A stretch of 64,000 nt of DNA from NCBI GenBank assembly GCA_965153455.1, contig OZ234493.1:8732213-8796212 (forward strand). Reading direction: 5' to 3'. The DNA comes from Sphagnum compactum (lineage: Eukaryota). Both the position numbers and the translations under genes were made by a program. Below the pieces are notes generated by a model that was not told the origin of the DNA, ran no database searches, and saw nothing but the letters and a program-made list of their open reading frames with translations. Shown here piece after piece: positions 35,566 to 47,340 of this stretch. The first letter of the stretch is position 1, and every line of letters begins with the position of its first letter.

Positions 35566-38156
35566 TGCAAAATAAAAAAGAAGAAGGGAAAAAAGCTTAC
35601 CTTGAAGCTCTGGCGCTCCTGCTTCAGGAAAAAAGCTCCAGCTCTGGCGCTCCCGCTCTGGCTGTGGTGCTCCCGGTCTGGCTTCGTCACTCCCGCTCTG
35701 CCTGTGGTGCTCCCGCGATGGTGCTCCCATTCTCGCTGTGGTGCTCCCGCGATGGTGCTCCTGCTCTCGCTGTGGTGCTCTGGCGATGGCGATTGGAGGT
35801 AAGACGTTGGAGGTAGGTAGGAGGGGGGAGGTAGGAGGGGGTAGGTAGGAGGTAGGAGGGGGGAGGAAGGTAGGTAGGGGAGAAATGTTTTGGGGCAGAG
35901 TAGAGGCGGGAGAAAAAAAAAATATTTGGGCAGTCCGGATGTGGTTTTGGTTCATCCCCAAAACAGGTTGAACGGGCTCATCCTCAACTGGTGCATTGGT
36001 GGCTGCTAATTCACTCAAGCCACCTTCCCTATATCTTTTGTTAGATACGGTCTTGCAAATATAAGATGAGCAACAACCAAGTGTGGATTTCAATGTTCAA
36101 CCAGGCATTACTGTGTCAACACTGAATTCAGTTTTTTGACAGCTTCATGGAACATTTCTTATTTTAGTGGTTACTGGTTTAAATTTGGCATACAAGGTAG
36201 ACCCATTATGCAATGAGCTGTTTGTTGGGACTTAAGCAACTTGCAAAATTGGACAAGATGCTTTAGGGATGAATGTGATGTGAGCAACTACATGAAAAAA
36301 TATGTTCCATCTCTAGAGATTTCAGATTACTATAATTCTTTTGTGTAGAGTAAGAATGGAGTGTGTGTTCTGGGCTACACAGCTTTACCATCCATAATTT
36401 TGAGTGTCTTGAAACAGACACTTCAATCAAAGAATTGAAATTTGGTTCTGAGAGAACTCCAACAATGTAGAGATCATAAAGGAAAATTGTGATACAGCTA
36501 AAAAAGCAAGTCAAAGTAGATCATTGTTTGTATTAGCTAACAAAATCATAGAGGTTGCTGAGCATATCAATCATAATCTGTTTTCTGGCAGAAGGAATGC
36601 AACTCAATTTCAAGGCAAGATCACAATTTGGGTAAATTCTGGCAGTTTAATAAATTCCCAATGACTATTTTACAACGCCTAGAAATATAATAATTCTGTT
36701 TTTGGCAACATCAAGTATCCCCTGGTGATGAATCAAGAATCTAAAACTGTTTGCAATCTGGTTGGGGAAATGTAGGTGAAAAGCATGTGGACAAATTGCT
36801 ACAAAATGATGGAAAAGTCCTCATAAACTCGAGTATCCCAAAATTTTGAACTTTTTTTGTTGGACACTTGTGGATTATGTTACTTTGCAATTGATTATTG
36901 AGGTATTTAAATGCACTCATAGGACATGTTCCCCTAGGTATGAATATTTGAATTGGCAATGGCAACCGATTTTGTCATTTAAGACAACATGGAAACTTGC
37001 TAGAATGACAGGTATGGACCTTTCCATGTAGAGGATAGCACTCTACATTTAAATGAAATTTACATGTAAATTTCAGCATTTAACGGGTTGGCGGTTTGTA
37101 GTTCATATGGACCTTAGAAAGCTTATTTCTTTCTTTCTCTAGAAAACATTTTATCTAATACTTGAGGTTTTAAGACCTAAACTTCAGGATAGCAAGAATT
37201 TACATTGAAAAACAGCCCATATTCAAGTTGTCTGACGTTTAGGGTTAAGGACAGATGTTCAAGGGGAGGCAGTAATGAGGAAGTTTGTGCGATAGGATAG
37301 GTATAAAAAAGTAGCTTTATAAGAACCCTTCATGTGTTTCAAATTGTAGGTGGGTTTGACACATTTGCATGAAACAAATTTAGTAATGGGTGCATTAAAC
37401 TGATTCATTTTCAAGTAGCAAAATCCAGATTTGCAGAGCTTTACACTTTATATGTTTTGTTACTTTTCAATTTTTACAGATAGTTTAAGCATTACGGTTT
37501 ACTATAATTGTTAACTGGAGAAAACCTATAGTTTACAAATTGGCTTTAGGGTTAAGATAGAAAATGCCATTCATATTACAGTTTGCAAAAGTATAGAAGA
37601 GCACGTAACATACATTGTTATTTGTTGTTCCCTACACTCCATGCTGAGCTAGAACTACTAATTTGTTCATTATTCTCCATGAAAGTAATGAAAAATTATA
37701 CAATTTCTCCTTCTCACTTGGTATTAGCAGATTACCACCCAACTTCAACTTCCAGAGCAAACAAGTACAAATAGCCAGCTACGGTAGTTAAATTTCAAGC
37801 ACTCTGGCACATGTGAAAGATAAGTGGAGCATTTGGTCACAACATGGGGAATAGAATAGTTATGATACAAGTTTGATATCATAACTATTTATCGATTGAT
37901 AGTGCCATATTCTTCAGGTTCCTCTGTTGATATTGCCTTTCCATTATGGTGTTAAACCCTCACAGTTTGTGATATTGTCTTCCCATTATGGTATTTTACA
38001 TTCAAAATTCAGTCATTTTACAACGGTAATTTGAATGCATTGTGGAAACTTTGAATGCATTTGTGTAGGGAAAAAGATTGTTCTCTTTCACTGATTAAAA
38101 TCGAATCCAACTGTAAAGTCGCTACTCATGCTAAACAATAGAAATTGTAATTTCAA

Positions 38157-38305
38157 GGTCATGCTTGTTAAATTACAAAATCAAATTGAAGGGAGAGAAT
38201 ATTCATACTAGAGAGATGGGGCTCACCTATTTAAGAAAGAGTTATGTGTCACTAGAAAAGATTTCTCTCTATTCAATTTGATTTTGTAATTTAACAAGCA
38301 TGACC
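38157..38305. mobile_element. MITE-like foldback, 149 bp, with 34-bp perfect inverted arms
   Basis: GGTCATGCTTGTTAAATTACAAAATCAAATTGAA at 38157-38190 is the exact reverse complement of 38272-38305. Confidence 0.7.
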
Positions 38306-40552
38306 ATGTAATTCATACTAGTACCATTCCATCAGCAGAAGCTCAAATACCCATGTGCAGATCTACCAAACAATTTTCAAATATGTAAATTGAGGAATTT
38401 GAATTCAATTCAATTCAAGATCCAATTCAATTCAAATTGCATGCAATTCCATTCAATATTTTCATTTGAATAAAATTTAATTTTCACAAAATCAAATCAT
38501 TTTCTTCATCAATCAGTTGTCATCGGTAGTGTGTAGCAATGTAGAGCCCAAATAATCACATTGCATGATGAGTGTTTAAAATTTATCCCCACACTACAAG
38601 TAAGTTTTTTGTTCTACATATCAAGGTTGCTTAAATAAACGTGATCATGTTAAATTAAACATGAAACTAATCGTATATCATTTTCTAAATACATAAAATT
38701 ATTTTTAATTATTTTACATTTCACTTAATGAAATACAAAGTAATTAAAGTAATGAAATATTAAAATAATTACGTACAAAATAATACAAAATTTATTTTAC
38801 AATATGTAAATCAACTATAACCACTACTAGAAAACGTGTGGACAAACCATTGTAGCCAACCACCCAACTCAATTTTGGGTGGTCTTCACATGACACAAAC
38901 CACTCACGATTTTGTTGAGTGGGCAAATCCCACTAGAAACTCACCAAAGTGGTCTTGCAATGGGAGGCAATGGTGGTTTAAGAATTTTCTACTTGAAATG
39001 CCTTTGGCCATGGTTGAAAATTTTCCATTCCACCTTTTCAAACCACTTGGGTGGTTTTTCATAGTGATCATTATAAACATTTTGCACAAGGTTAACCACT
39101 TTACAAGGTAGGTAGGTAAGTAGGTAGGTAAATAATATAATTAAGTTGTACCTAGGTTAAGATAATCAATTTATACATAGGTTTGGTAGAATAAAATATG
39201 TATTTAAAGCATGTCTACTATAAACTATAACAAGGTTAAGTATACCATAATTTATACATATAGGGTAAGTATATTATAGCCTATGTATCAAAGCTAAGTA
39301 TTAGTATACGATTTTTTATGTACCTACCTTGATATATAATGATCTATATTTACGTTAAGGTAGGTTAGGCTTACTTAATTACATGTAACTAGCCTAAATA
39401 TAGCCTAATTTATACATACCAAGCCCTACATATAATCTACATGTATAGAACATATTGAATTTACAAAAATGCAAATAATAGTTCAAAGACAATGTTTCAC
39501 AACACATTAAACTCAATTTTTAAATGTCAAGAATAAAATGTAAATATGCGTTATATTTTGCTTTTCACCATAAGTAGCATTCCCCAATTGTGGAACTAGC
39601 CCACCTTGGAGAAACCTACCAAAGTGTAAGGTAAAGCCCTCATGTAGGGACAATTCCTAAATAAGGGGCCTAGGAGAAGGGAATAGTTGAAACAGCCCTC
39701 CATTCTTAAAATGTTTCTTACATGTGAGCCCTACCCAATGCAAGAGATGAGTCAAACCTTATGTGTTAAGGTATAATAACTTCACAAGTGAACGTTTTGT
39801 TTTGTGAAATGTCCCACACAAGGCAACCTTGTATGATGATGCCTCTTGTTCGTATGACAAGAAATTAGAAAACACATATTGTGATCTCTTATGATATTAG
39901 TAGGAGGTGTCGCATACTATGTTGCATTGATTATTGTGCAAGGTAATCCTTTGGTGCAACAAGGCATTACACTCTATGAACCAAAGCTTGCCAAGGCGAT
40001 ATGCCCAAGTTGGCAAACTTTGGTTCACAAGGTCTAATGCCCAAATGAAAATATGGTGTGAAATTTCACACAAATGTGAAAAGTAAAATGGAAAGATAAT
40101 ATCTTGTTTATATATATACATTATTCCTTGTTTTTGAGGAAAAAATCATCAATTTTTTTAATAAAAAAATTTAAAAACTTCTCCACATTTTCACCTCGGT
40201 TTTGGTTTGACCTAGCAAATTTGGTTTGCACTTTTTTAAATGTTAGACAAATTCCTAAAACCTATCACCATTTACCCATGAAATCCCTTTTGAAATGCTT
40301 GCAACTAACATTATGCAAATAGTTTGTTAAAAAAAACACTGATATATTAAGAAGACATTACCTACACTACCTACACTTCTTCTTTTGGGGTTTGGAAAAG
40401 TTTGCACATTTGGGATTTTATCTTGTCAAACAATTGCAGCGTGTCTTGCATATGCTGTTGTCCTAATATAATATGGAGGAGGAGGAGAAGAAGAAGAACC
40501 AAGAGCAGGAGAAAGTAGAAGGGGAGGAGAACGAGACCCGGGGGACGGAGTC

Positions 40553-40918
40553 ATGAGCTTTGAGGATCTTGAGATGGGTGGGGGAGGGAATAGCAAATCG
40601 ATCTCTCTGACGCAACTACAGCAGCAGCAGGGGTCCAGTAGTAGCGATGGCGTGGTGGCGGGAGTGTTTAGAATCAATACTGGGGTTTCTTCTTTTAAGC
40701 GTCTCGTTAATATGCTGGGTACGTCCAAGGATACTCCGTCCCTGCGTGAGAAGCTGCATGAGACGAAGCACAGTATAAACAAATTAGTCGAAGAGACGGT
40801 CGCTAGGTTAAAGGAGGAGAATGAAATGGACCATCTGTCATCCGCGAGTACCGGTAAGAAGCTGAAGGATGCGAAGCTTGCTAAGGACTTCCAAGCTGTG
40901 TTGGTTGAGATATTCTGA
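40553..40918 (+). pseudogene. SYP22: SYP2-family (SYP22/VAM3-like) Qa-SNARE syntaxin, N-terminal Habc portion only
   Basis: MSFEDLE..VAGVFRINTGVSSFKRLVNMLGTSKDTPSLREKLH..KKLKDAKLAKDFQAVL is characteristic of SYP2 syntaxins. Similarity ends at 'VLVE'; no SNARE or transmembrane exons were recognised downstream. Confidence 0.75.
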
Positions 40919-43034
40919 AATGGTTGGTCAAATTGAAGCAATTCCCGACTATTAAGGATTTAATTTGAAACAATATTTTTCAGTCCCTTGGAGGCACTTT
41001 TGTGTTTCCAAGGAGACAACTTGTAAGGTCAAAGGTGATCGATCATTCATTTGAAGGAAAACCTGCAACTTGTACAACAGACAAGTTTCAATTAAGAGTA
41101 GTAAACAAATGACATGGTGCTACTCCAAACATTGCTTGCTTCAAGCAAACGTTCAGTCTCAGAGTTTTTACGGGATTTCTGCAACACTTGTTTTGTTAGG
41201 TGTGACCATCATGCAAATCATGGCAAATAAAGTCTTCCTTTTGAAGCAGGTACTTCATTTTACTTTGTCCCCTTTCTTTCATTTTTCTACTTTGTAAGAT
41301 CTTCCATTGGCTGCTGTAGTTCTGGAAAGCCCACAGCTTACGATGCTGAACACCAGTCACATGAGTTTCTGTTAGTCTGCTTGCATGATGGTACATACCT
41401 AATGCAGCCTGCTTCGCGGCCACAACAACTTTGTCTAGTACTGTGGCAACTTCCACACTAATTATATGTACCTTATATGAATGATGTATGCATATACATT
41501 TTTTATCCCCTAGATTAATTCCACCTTTTTTGTTTGGGGTGATGGTGAATGGTGAAACAAAAAAATGCCATGTTCATTTGAAATAATAATGCAATTCATC
41601 TTCACGTAAGTACATTGTACAACAAAACTGCTAATTTGAAATTAAGAAAATTGGTACATCATTGAACAAGGGTCTCTGTTTTTTAGTTGTGTACGTGTTT
41701 TTTATTTAGTTCACATGATTTTGAAGCTAATGTTAACATAAACAAAACTAAAGTGATGAAAGGAAAATGAACTTGACATGGACCATTGATTATGTTATAA
41801 CAATCACATTGAAGTTATTCACTAGGGGATGAGATCACCCAGTTTTGGCATAATATGGGATCAAATTCATAATAGGGTGAGAATTTTACAACACAAAATA
41901 TATTTGCACCCTTATTTTGGATCCTTGTGCATGTGCAAAGGAGACATGATGCAAAATCTTTATGCAATGATCCTTCTTCATTTTTTTTTGTGTGAAGTAA
42001 ATGTTTGCAAATGAATAGGTGTAGAGAAAGAAGGGAGTGAGAGATTTATGAAAGAAGTATGGTTTGTAAAATTTTTGAGAGATTCAAAGATCATTCTCAC
42101 TTGTGACAACTATAGCAAGAGCATGGAGCAAGCGGTGGAGGAAGAGTGTCATGCAAGAGCAAGAAGTTGCAATGCACAAGGGTTTTATTGTTCTAAAGGT
42201 GATGATTAAATTTGTAACATTCAAGTTGTCCTATCTTCAAAAACTTGGAGATGGTGTTAGTAGAAAATCAAGAGGACAATGGCAAATAAAAATTTCAACT
42301 ATCATTCATTAGATGTGAGCTTGTGGTCAACTTTCATGTTAATGCCTATGCTACGGTTTATTTTCATGTTCTTCTTGAAGCTCTTCAAACTTGTTCAAAA
42401 GTTGACTTATACATGGTCAATACAATCAATTCACAATGGACATCCTTTGAACCTCAAATTTGCATCAAACCTAATCCATGAATCCTAAAATGTGATTGAC
42501 CACAACAATAATCATGCAATTCAACTTTCGAGTAAGTTGTTATTTTCACAAATACCTTAGTTCTAAAACACATCTTGCCACACTTGGCCATGACCCCCTC
42601 TAGCTTTGGAGTCTAAATTGAGTAAACAAAGCATGTTTTAAAGTTGTAAGCAAAAACATGCATTATAATGTATTGGAAATTGTTCAAATAGATCATATTT
42701 TCATACCATTGCAATGCATGGCATTGCTAGGTAATCCTAAATGAGTATCTCCTTAGAGTTGATTCAAACATTGAATCATATAAGGATTTTCACTTGGATT
42801 TGGAAATTCCTAGGTAGAATGGAACTTTATTTCATAAGTTGCAGCTTTATATGACTTTTTGGAACTACATATGAACTTTGTAAATTTTCCCAAAAGTTCA
42901 TCAAATTGGGAGATGATTTTGTATAGGTTTGTCATGAATTTGAAATGACTAAAAGAAACCCCATTTGTGCATCAAACTTGGTGATATTTTTCTATAGGTT
43001 TATGTTTGGTCTTGGAACCTCATAATTGGAACAT

Positions 43035-43560
43035 TTCTCAAGTTTGTGTGAAACTTGGCACCTTCGATGTTGTAATTTAAAGTTTGTCTTTGACTTGGTA
43101 GTTCAATTTGAACCTCTTTTAAGTCTTGTGACATTTAACACTTTTGATGTTGTAATGTAAGGTTTGTCCTTGACTTGGGCAGTTCAATTTTAACCTCTTT
43201 CAAGTCCATGTGATACTTGGCACTTCTAATGTTACAATTTAAGGTACATCTTTGACTTGGCAATTCAATTTGAACTTCTTTCAAGTTTGTGTGTAACTTG
43301 GCACCTTTAATGTTGTAATATAGGTTTTCCCTTAACTTAGCAACTCAATTTGAGCCTCTTTAAAGTCTATGTGATATTTGGCACCCTATTGTTGCAATTT
43401 AGGGTTTGTCCTTGACTTGGCAATTCAATTTGAACCTCTTTCAAATTTGTGTGATATTTGGCACCTTTGATGTTGGAATTTAGGGTTTATCTTTAATTTG
43501 GCACCTTTCATGTCTTTGACTTGGCAACTCATTTTGAACTTCTTTCAACTCAATGTGATA
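43035..43560. repeat. Degenerate tandem repeat, about 80-bp unit x about 6
   Basis: TTGGCACC..GATGTTGTAATTTA.GGTTTGTC.TTGACTTGG..TTCAATTTGAACCTCTTT recurs near 43056, 43137, 43217, 43298, 43378 and 43458. Confidence 0.85.
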
Positions 43561-43699
43561 TTTAGCCCTTTTATGTTGCAATTTAAGTTTATAATTCACT
43601 TTTTAACTCCAACAGAACCATTTGGAATCTTTCTTTCATTTGGCACCTCTAGTGATCTATTTCATTTATTTCAAGGTTGATTTATCATTAAAATTGAAA

Positions 43700-45290
43700 C
43701 CCTAATTATTTGGGGTTTGGTTTCATCGTATTGAAGTATGTTTCAATAAATTGAACTTTGAATCAAATTGGTGTATTTCCATCAAATAGGTGTTTATTTC
43801 ATGTACTTGGAAATCTAATTCCCTCAAATTGGAGGTTGATTCATCAAATTACATGTAACCCTAACTACTTGAAGTTTTATTTCATCAAATGAAGGTTTAT
43901 TTCCACTAAATCAGAATTTGCCTCAACAAATGGAAGTACATTTCATCTACTTGGATGTTCGATTCCATCAAATTGGAGGTCAATTCATCAAATTGAACCT
44001 AAACCCTACTTGCTTGGGGGCATGTTTCATTTTTTCCAAATGTAATTCATCAAATTGAAGGTATGTTCATCAATTGGAGGTTTCATGAAAAATATTAAAA
44101 GGTAAACCTTATTTCTTTAAAATTATATTTCTTTGAATGGGAATTTGTTTCCATAAAATTGAAGTTTGTTTTCAACAAATTGGAAGTTCAATTCATGAAA
44201 TTGATGTTTAAACAAATGGAGATCTAATTCATCAAATTGAAGTTTGTTTCATATTTTTAAAAGTTCATTTCATTGAATTGAGGTCTATTTCATCTTTTTG
44301 AAAAAAAAATTTCCAACAAATTGGAGGTTCAATTCATCAAATTGAAGTTTGTTTCAATAAATGGAAATTTGATTCCATGAAATTGAAATTTGTTTCAAGA
44401 TATTGAGGTCTAGAATTCCATTAATTGGAGGTTTATTTCATTGAACGGAGGTTTGATTCCATCGAATTGAAGCATGTTTCATTTATTGAGGGTTTGATTT
44501 ATCAAATGGAGGTATGATTCCATGAATTCAAGCTTTGTTTCATTGAATAGACGTTTGATTCCATAAAATTGAAGCATGTTTCATTTATTGAGGGTTTGAT
44601 TAATCAAATGGAGGTATGATTCCATGAATTCAAGCTTTTTTTCATTGAATAGAGGTTTGATTCCATCAAATTGAATATTGTTTCCATTGAATTGGGGTTT
44701 GTTTCATCAAATTGAGATTTGTTTCGATCATATTGAGGTATGTTTCATTTACTTGAACTTGATTTCCACCAAAAGGATGCATTTTTCATTTATTGCAGGT
44801 GTGTTTCCATGAAATTGAAGTGTGTTTCATTGAATGGAGGTATGTTTCTATCAAATTGAAATGTGTTTCATTGAATTGAGGTCTGTTTCCATTGAATTGA
44901 GGTCCATTTCATTGATTCAAGTTTTGTTTCCATCATTTTGAAGTATGTTTCATTGAATTGAGGTATGGTTCATTGATTCAAATTTCGTTTCCATCAAATT
45001 GATATATGTTTCAGCTACTAAAGGGTTTGTTTCATTGAATTGAGTTTGTTCCATTGGTTTGAGTTTTATTTCCATCAAATTGAAGTATGTTTCATCTAAT
45101 GGAGGTATATTTTCATTGATTTCAGGTTTGATTCATCAAATTGAAACATGCTTTATTTATTGGAGGTTCCTTTCCATAAAATTGAGGTTTGTTTTCCCAT
45201 TGATTTGAAATTTGTTTCATTATATTGAAACATGTATTGTCCATCGAAGGTCCATTTTGTTCAAATTGAGGTTGAATTATTTTTTAAATT
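43700..45290. repeat. Degenerate minisatellite array, about 20-22-bp unit
   Basis: Dozens of CATCAAATTGAAGTTTGTTTC / CATTGAATTGAGGT variants over about 1.6 kb. Confidence 0.85.
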
Positions 45291-46789
45291 AGAATTATTG
45301 TTTCATCTAATAACACCTTAGTTTTTAAAATCTAAACGTTTTTTTATCACCATTTAGTTTGTAACATTAGGGCCTTGTATGGAAACCATTTGGAATTCTA
45401 AAAGCCATGTAATATTATGTATTCCATCAATTTCCAAGTGACATTTGGGTTGAAGAGAGAAAATCTAACAATTCTTGTAGGTTTTGTGATAATGTCAAAG
45501 TTTAACAATGTCCTAATGTGATTTTATGATTTGGGTTTTTGTGGCTTGGACAAGGTTATGTTGTGCATATATAGTTGAAAGGTTATTTTTATGGCCTTAG
45601 GTCTAGGCATGGTAAGTGATGATCAAGAGCCAAAGGTTGTGATGTAAACATGGAGGTATGACTTGGATGCAAAATGTGAGATATGACTTAATCAACCAAA
45701 GGTGAAGGTGGATAGGAAGGAAAAGCAATTGTACATTCTTGTATAATCATTCCATTTGAACACCATTGTCACAAATTACAATTGACATTTTTCATTGTAT
45801 TCAAAATATATGAAGCATGTGACACAACTTATGTTTAGCCTTATGTAAACAGTGGTATATGGGGAATACAACACACCTTATCTCAATAAAGTCTTTGAAG
45901 AAGACACTTTGAAGGACTAACTTTGGGATGTTTTGAAAAAGTTGAAGATTAAAACATCTAATGAAAAAGGAAGTGAGAGAGTTGTGTTGTAAAATGAAAA
46001 AGTCATGATACACTTAAAATCAACACAACATGCCACTCGAAACATTCTCAAATGTTAATAAAGTGTGATTATTGGTACATTTACCCCATTCATAGTACTT
46101 ATTATTCTTAAAATTTGTGAGTCTATAAACGAGCCAACATTTTTACCCCATCATTTAGCTTGTGATTTAATTATGCATCTACTCCAAGTGGCAAGTTGTA
46201 GACAAAGGTACAAGTGCTTCAATCATAATCCATTAGTATTGGCACGATGGTGTGGAATATGCTGGTCAATAATGAGGATCAAAGAGTTCTGATCAAGGCA
46301 AAGATGAAAGTTACATAGAGAAGAAGAAACATGTGTTAGAATTAACAATTTTAAAACAACTAAAAACCTTGAAGTTTTAATAAATGCATAATTGTAATTC
46401 AAAAGTTAAGAAAATTTTATACTTGTAATTAAAAGTCATAGTCTTAACTATAGTTAATTCATCTGCGTGGTTGCCAATGATGTTGTACATGTGAAGTTTA
46501 GGTAATGTATGTGTAGGATATTAATCAAAATAACTATAGCTTGGAATAAGTGATTGTATTTGGTTTTTGTAAAATCAAATTGTTTCATGAGTCTTCTTCA
46601 TTTGCACATCAACCTCCCAATTCCCCATTCCACGCATACATTATACCTTAAATGCATTTTATTGTATGTTTACATTACATCCACATCATGCCCAAGGGCA
46701 AGTTTGCACCTTCCAAGCCATCACATCACAAACTTGGTAACAAAAACATCAAAATGGGAAAATGCAAAAACAAAAAATCAAAAAAATTT

Positions 46790-47340
46790 GATGAAAATGA
46801 TCATGACAACCATCACAAAGAAGAGGATCATGATAACCATTGCCAAGAACAAGAATAAAAGAATGATTATAAGAAGACGACCATCATGATCATTACCAAA
46901 GACAATAGCAAAGGATTATGAAAAGAATAGGATTGGGGCAACCATCGTTAGGAACATGAACAAGGGGATGGCTAAAAGAAGAGGATTATGGTGGCCATTG
47001 CAAGAAACATGAACAAAAGGATGGCTAGAATAAGAGGATCTTGATGACCATTGTGACAAAAAGGATCACAATGACCATTGCAAAGGATAGAAAAACAATA
47101 GGATTGCCAAAAGAAGGGGATCATGATGACCATCAATAGGAACATGAACAAGAGGATGGCTAAAAGAAGAGGATCACAACAACCATTACAAGGAACATGC
47201 ACAATACTACGATGGCTAGAATAAGAGGATCGTGATGACCATTATGACAAAAGGATCATAATGATCATTGCCAAGAATAGGAGCAAGAGGATGGGCAAAA
47301 GAAAATGATCACAATACCATCACCATGAACGTGAGCAACA
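46790..47340 (+). repeat. Degenerate purine-rich repeat of about 50 bp (AAGAGGATCATGATGACCATTGCAAGGAACATGAACAAGAGGATGGCTA), probably TE-derived
   Basis: Several diverged copies here, with more at about 48020-48220 and 48850-48960. Confidence 0.7.

Larger units (their letters stand above)
20353..36021 (+). mobile_element. Full-length Mutator-like DNA transposon (MULE), 15,669 bp
   Basis: Left TIR 20353-20389 GGCCAGAGTGAATTAACAGCCACCAATGCACCAGTTG; reverse complement of right TIR 35985-36021 GGCTTGAGTGAATTAGCAGCCACCAATGCACCAGTTG (34/37). Perfect 10-bp TSD ACCTTCCCTA at 20343-20352 and 36022-36031. Internal MULE transposase. Confidence 0.93.

Noticed and set aside
32635-36093. Many long overlapping ORFs (up to 363 aa, rich in SSWSSEL/ARGARS)
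   Set aside because: Artefacts of stop-poor GAGCTC repeats that are open in several frames on both strands.
38822-39110. CACTACTAGAAAA, a CACTA-like terminus followed by AACCAC repeats
   Set aside because: No matching right end, 3-bp TSD or transposase was found, so boundaries cannot be supported.
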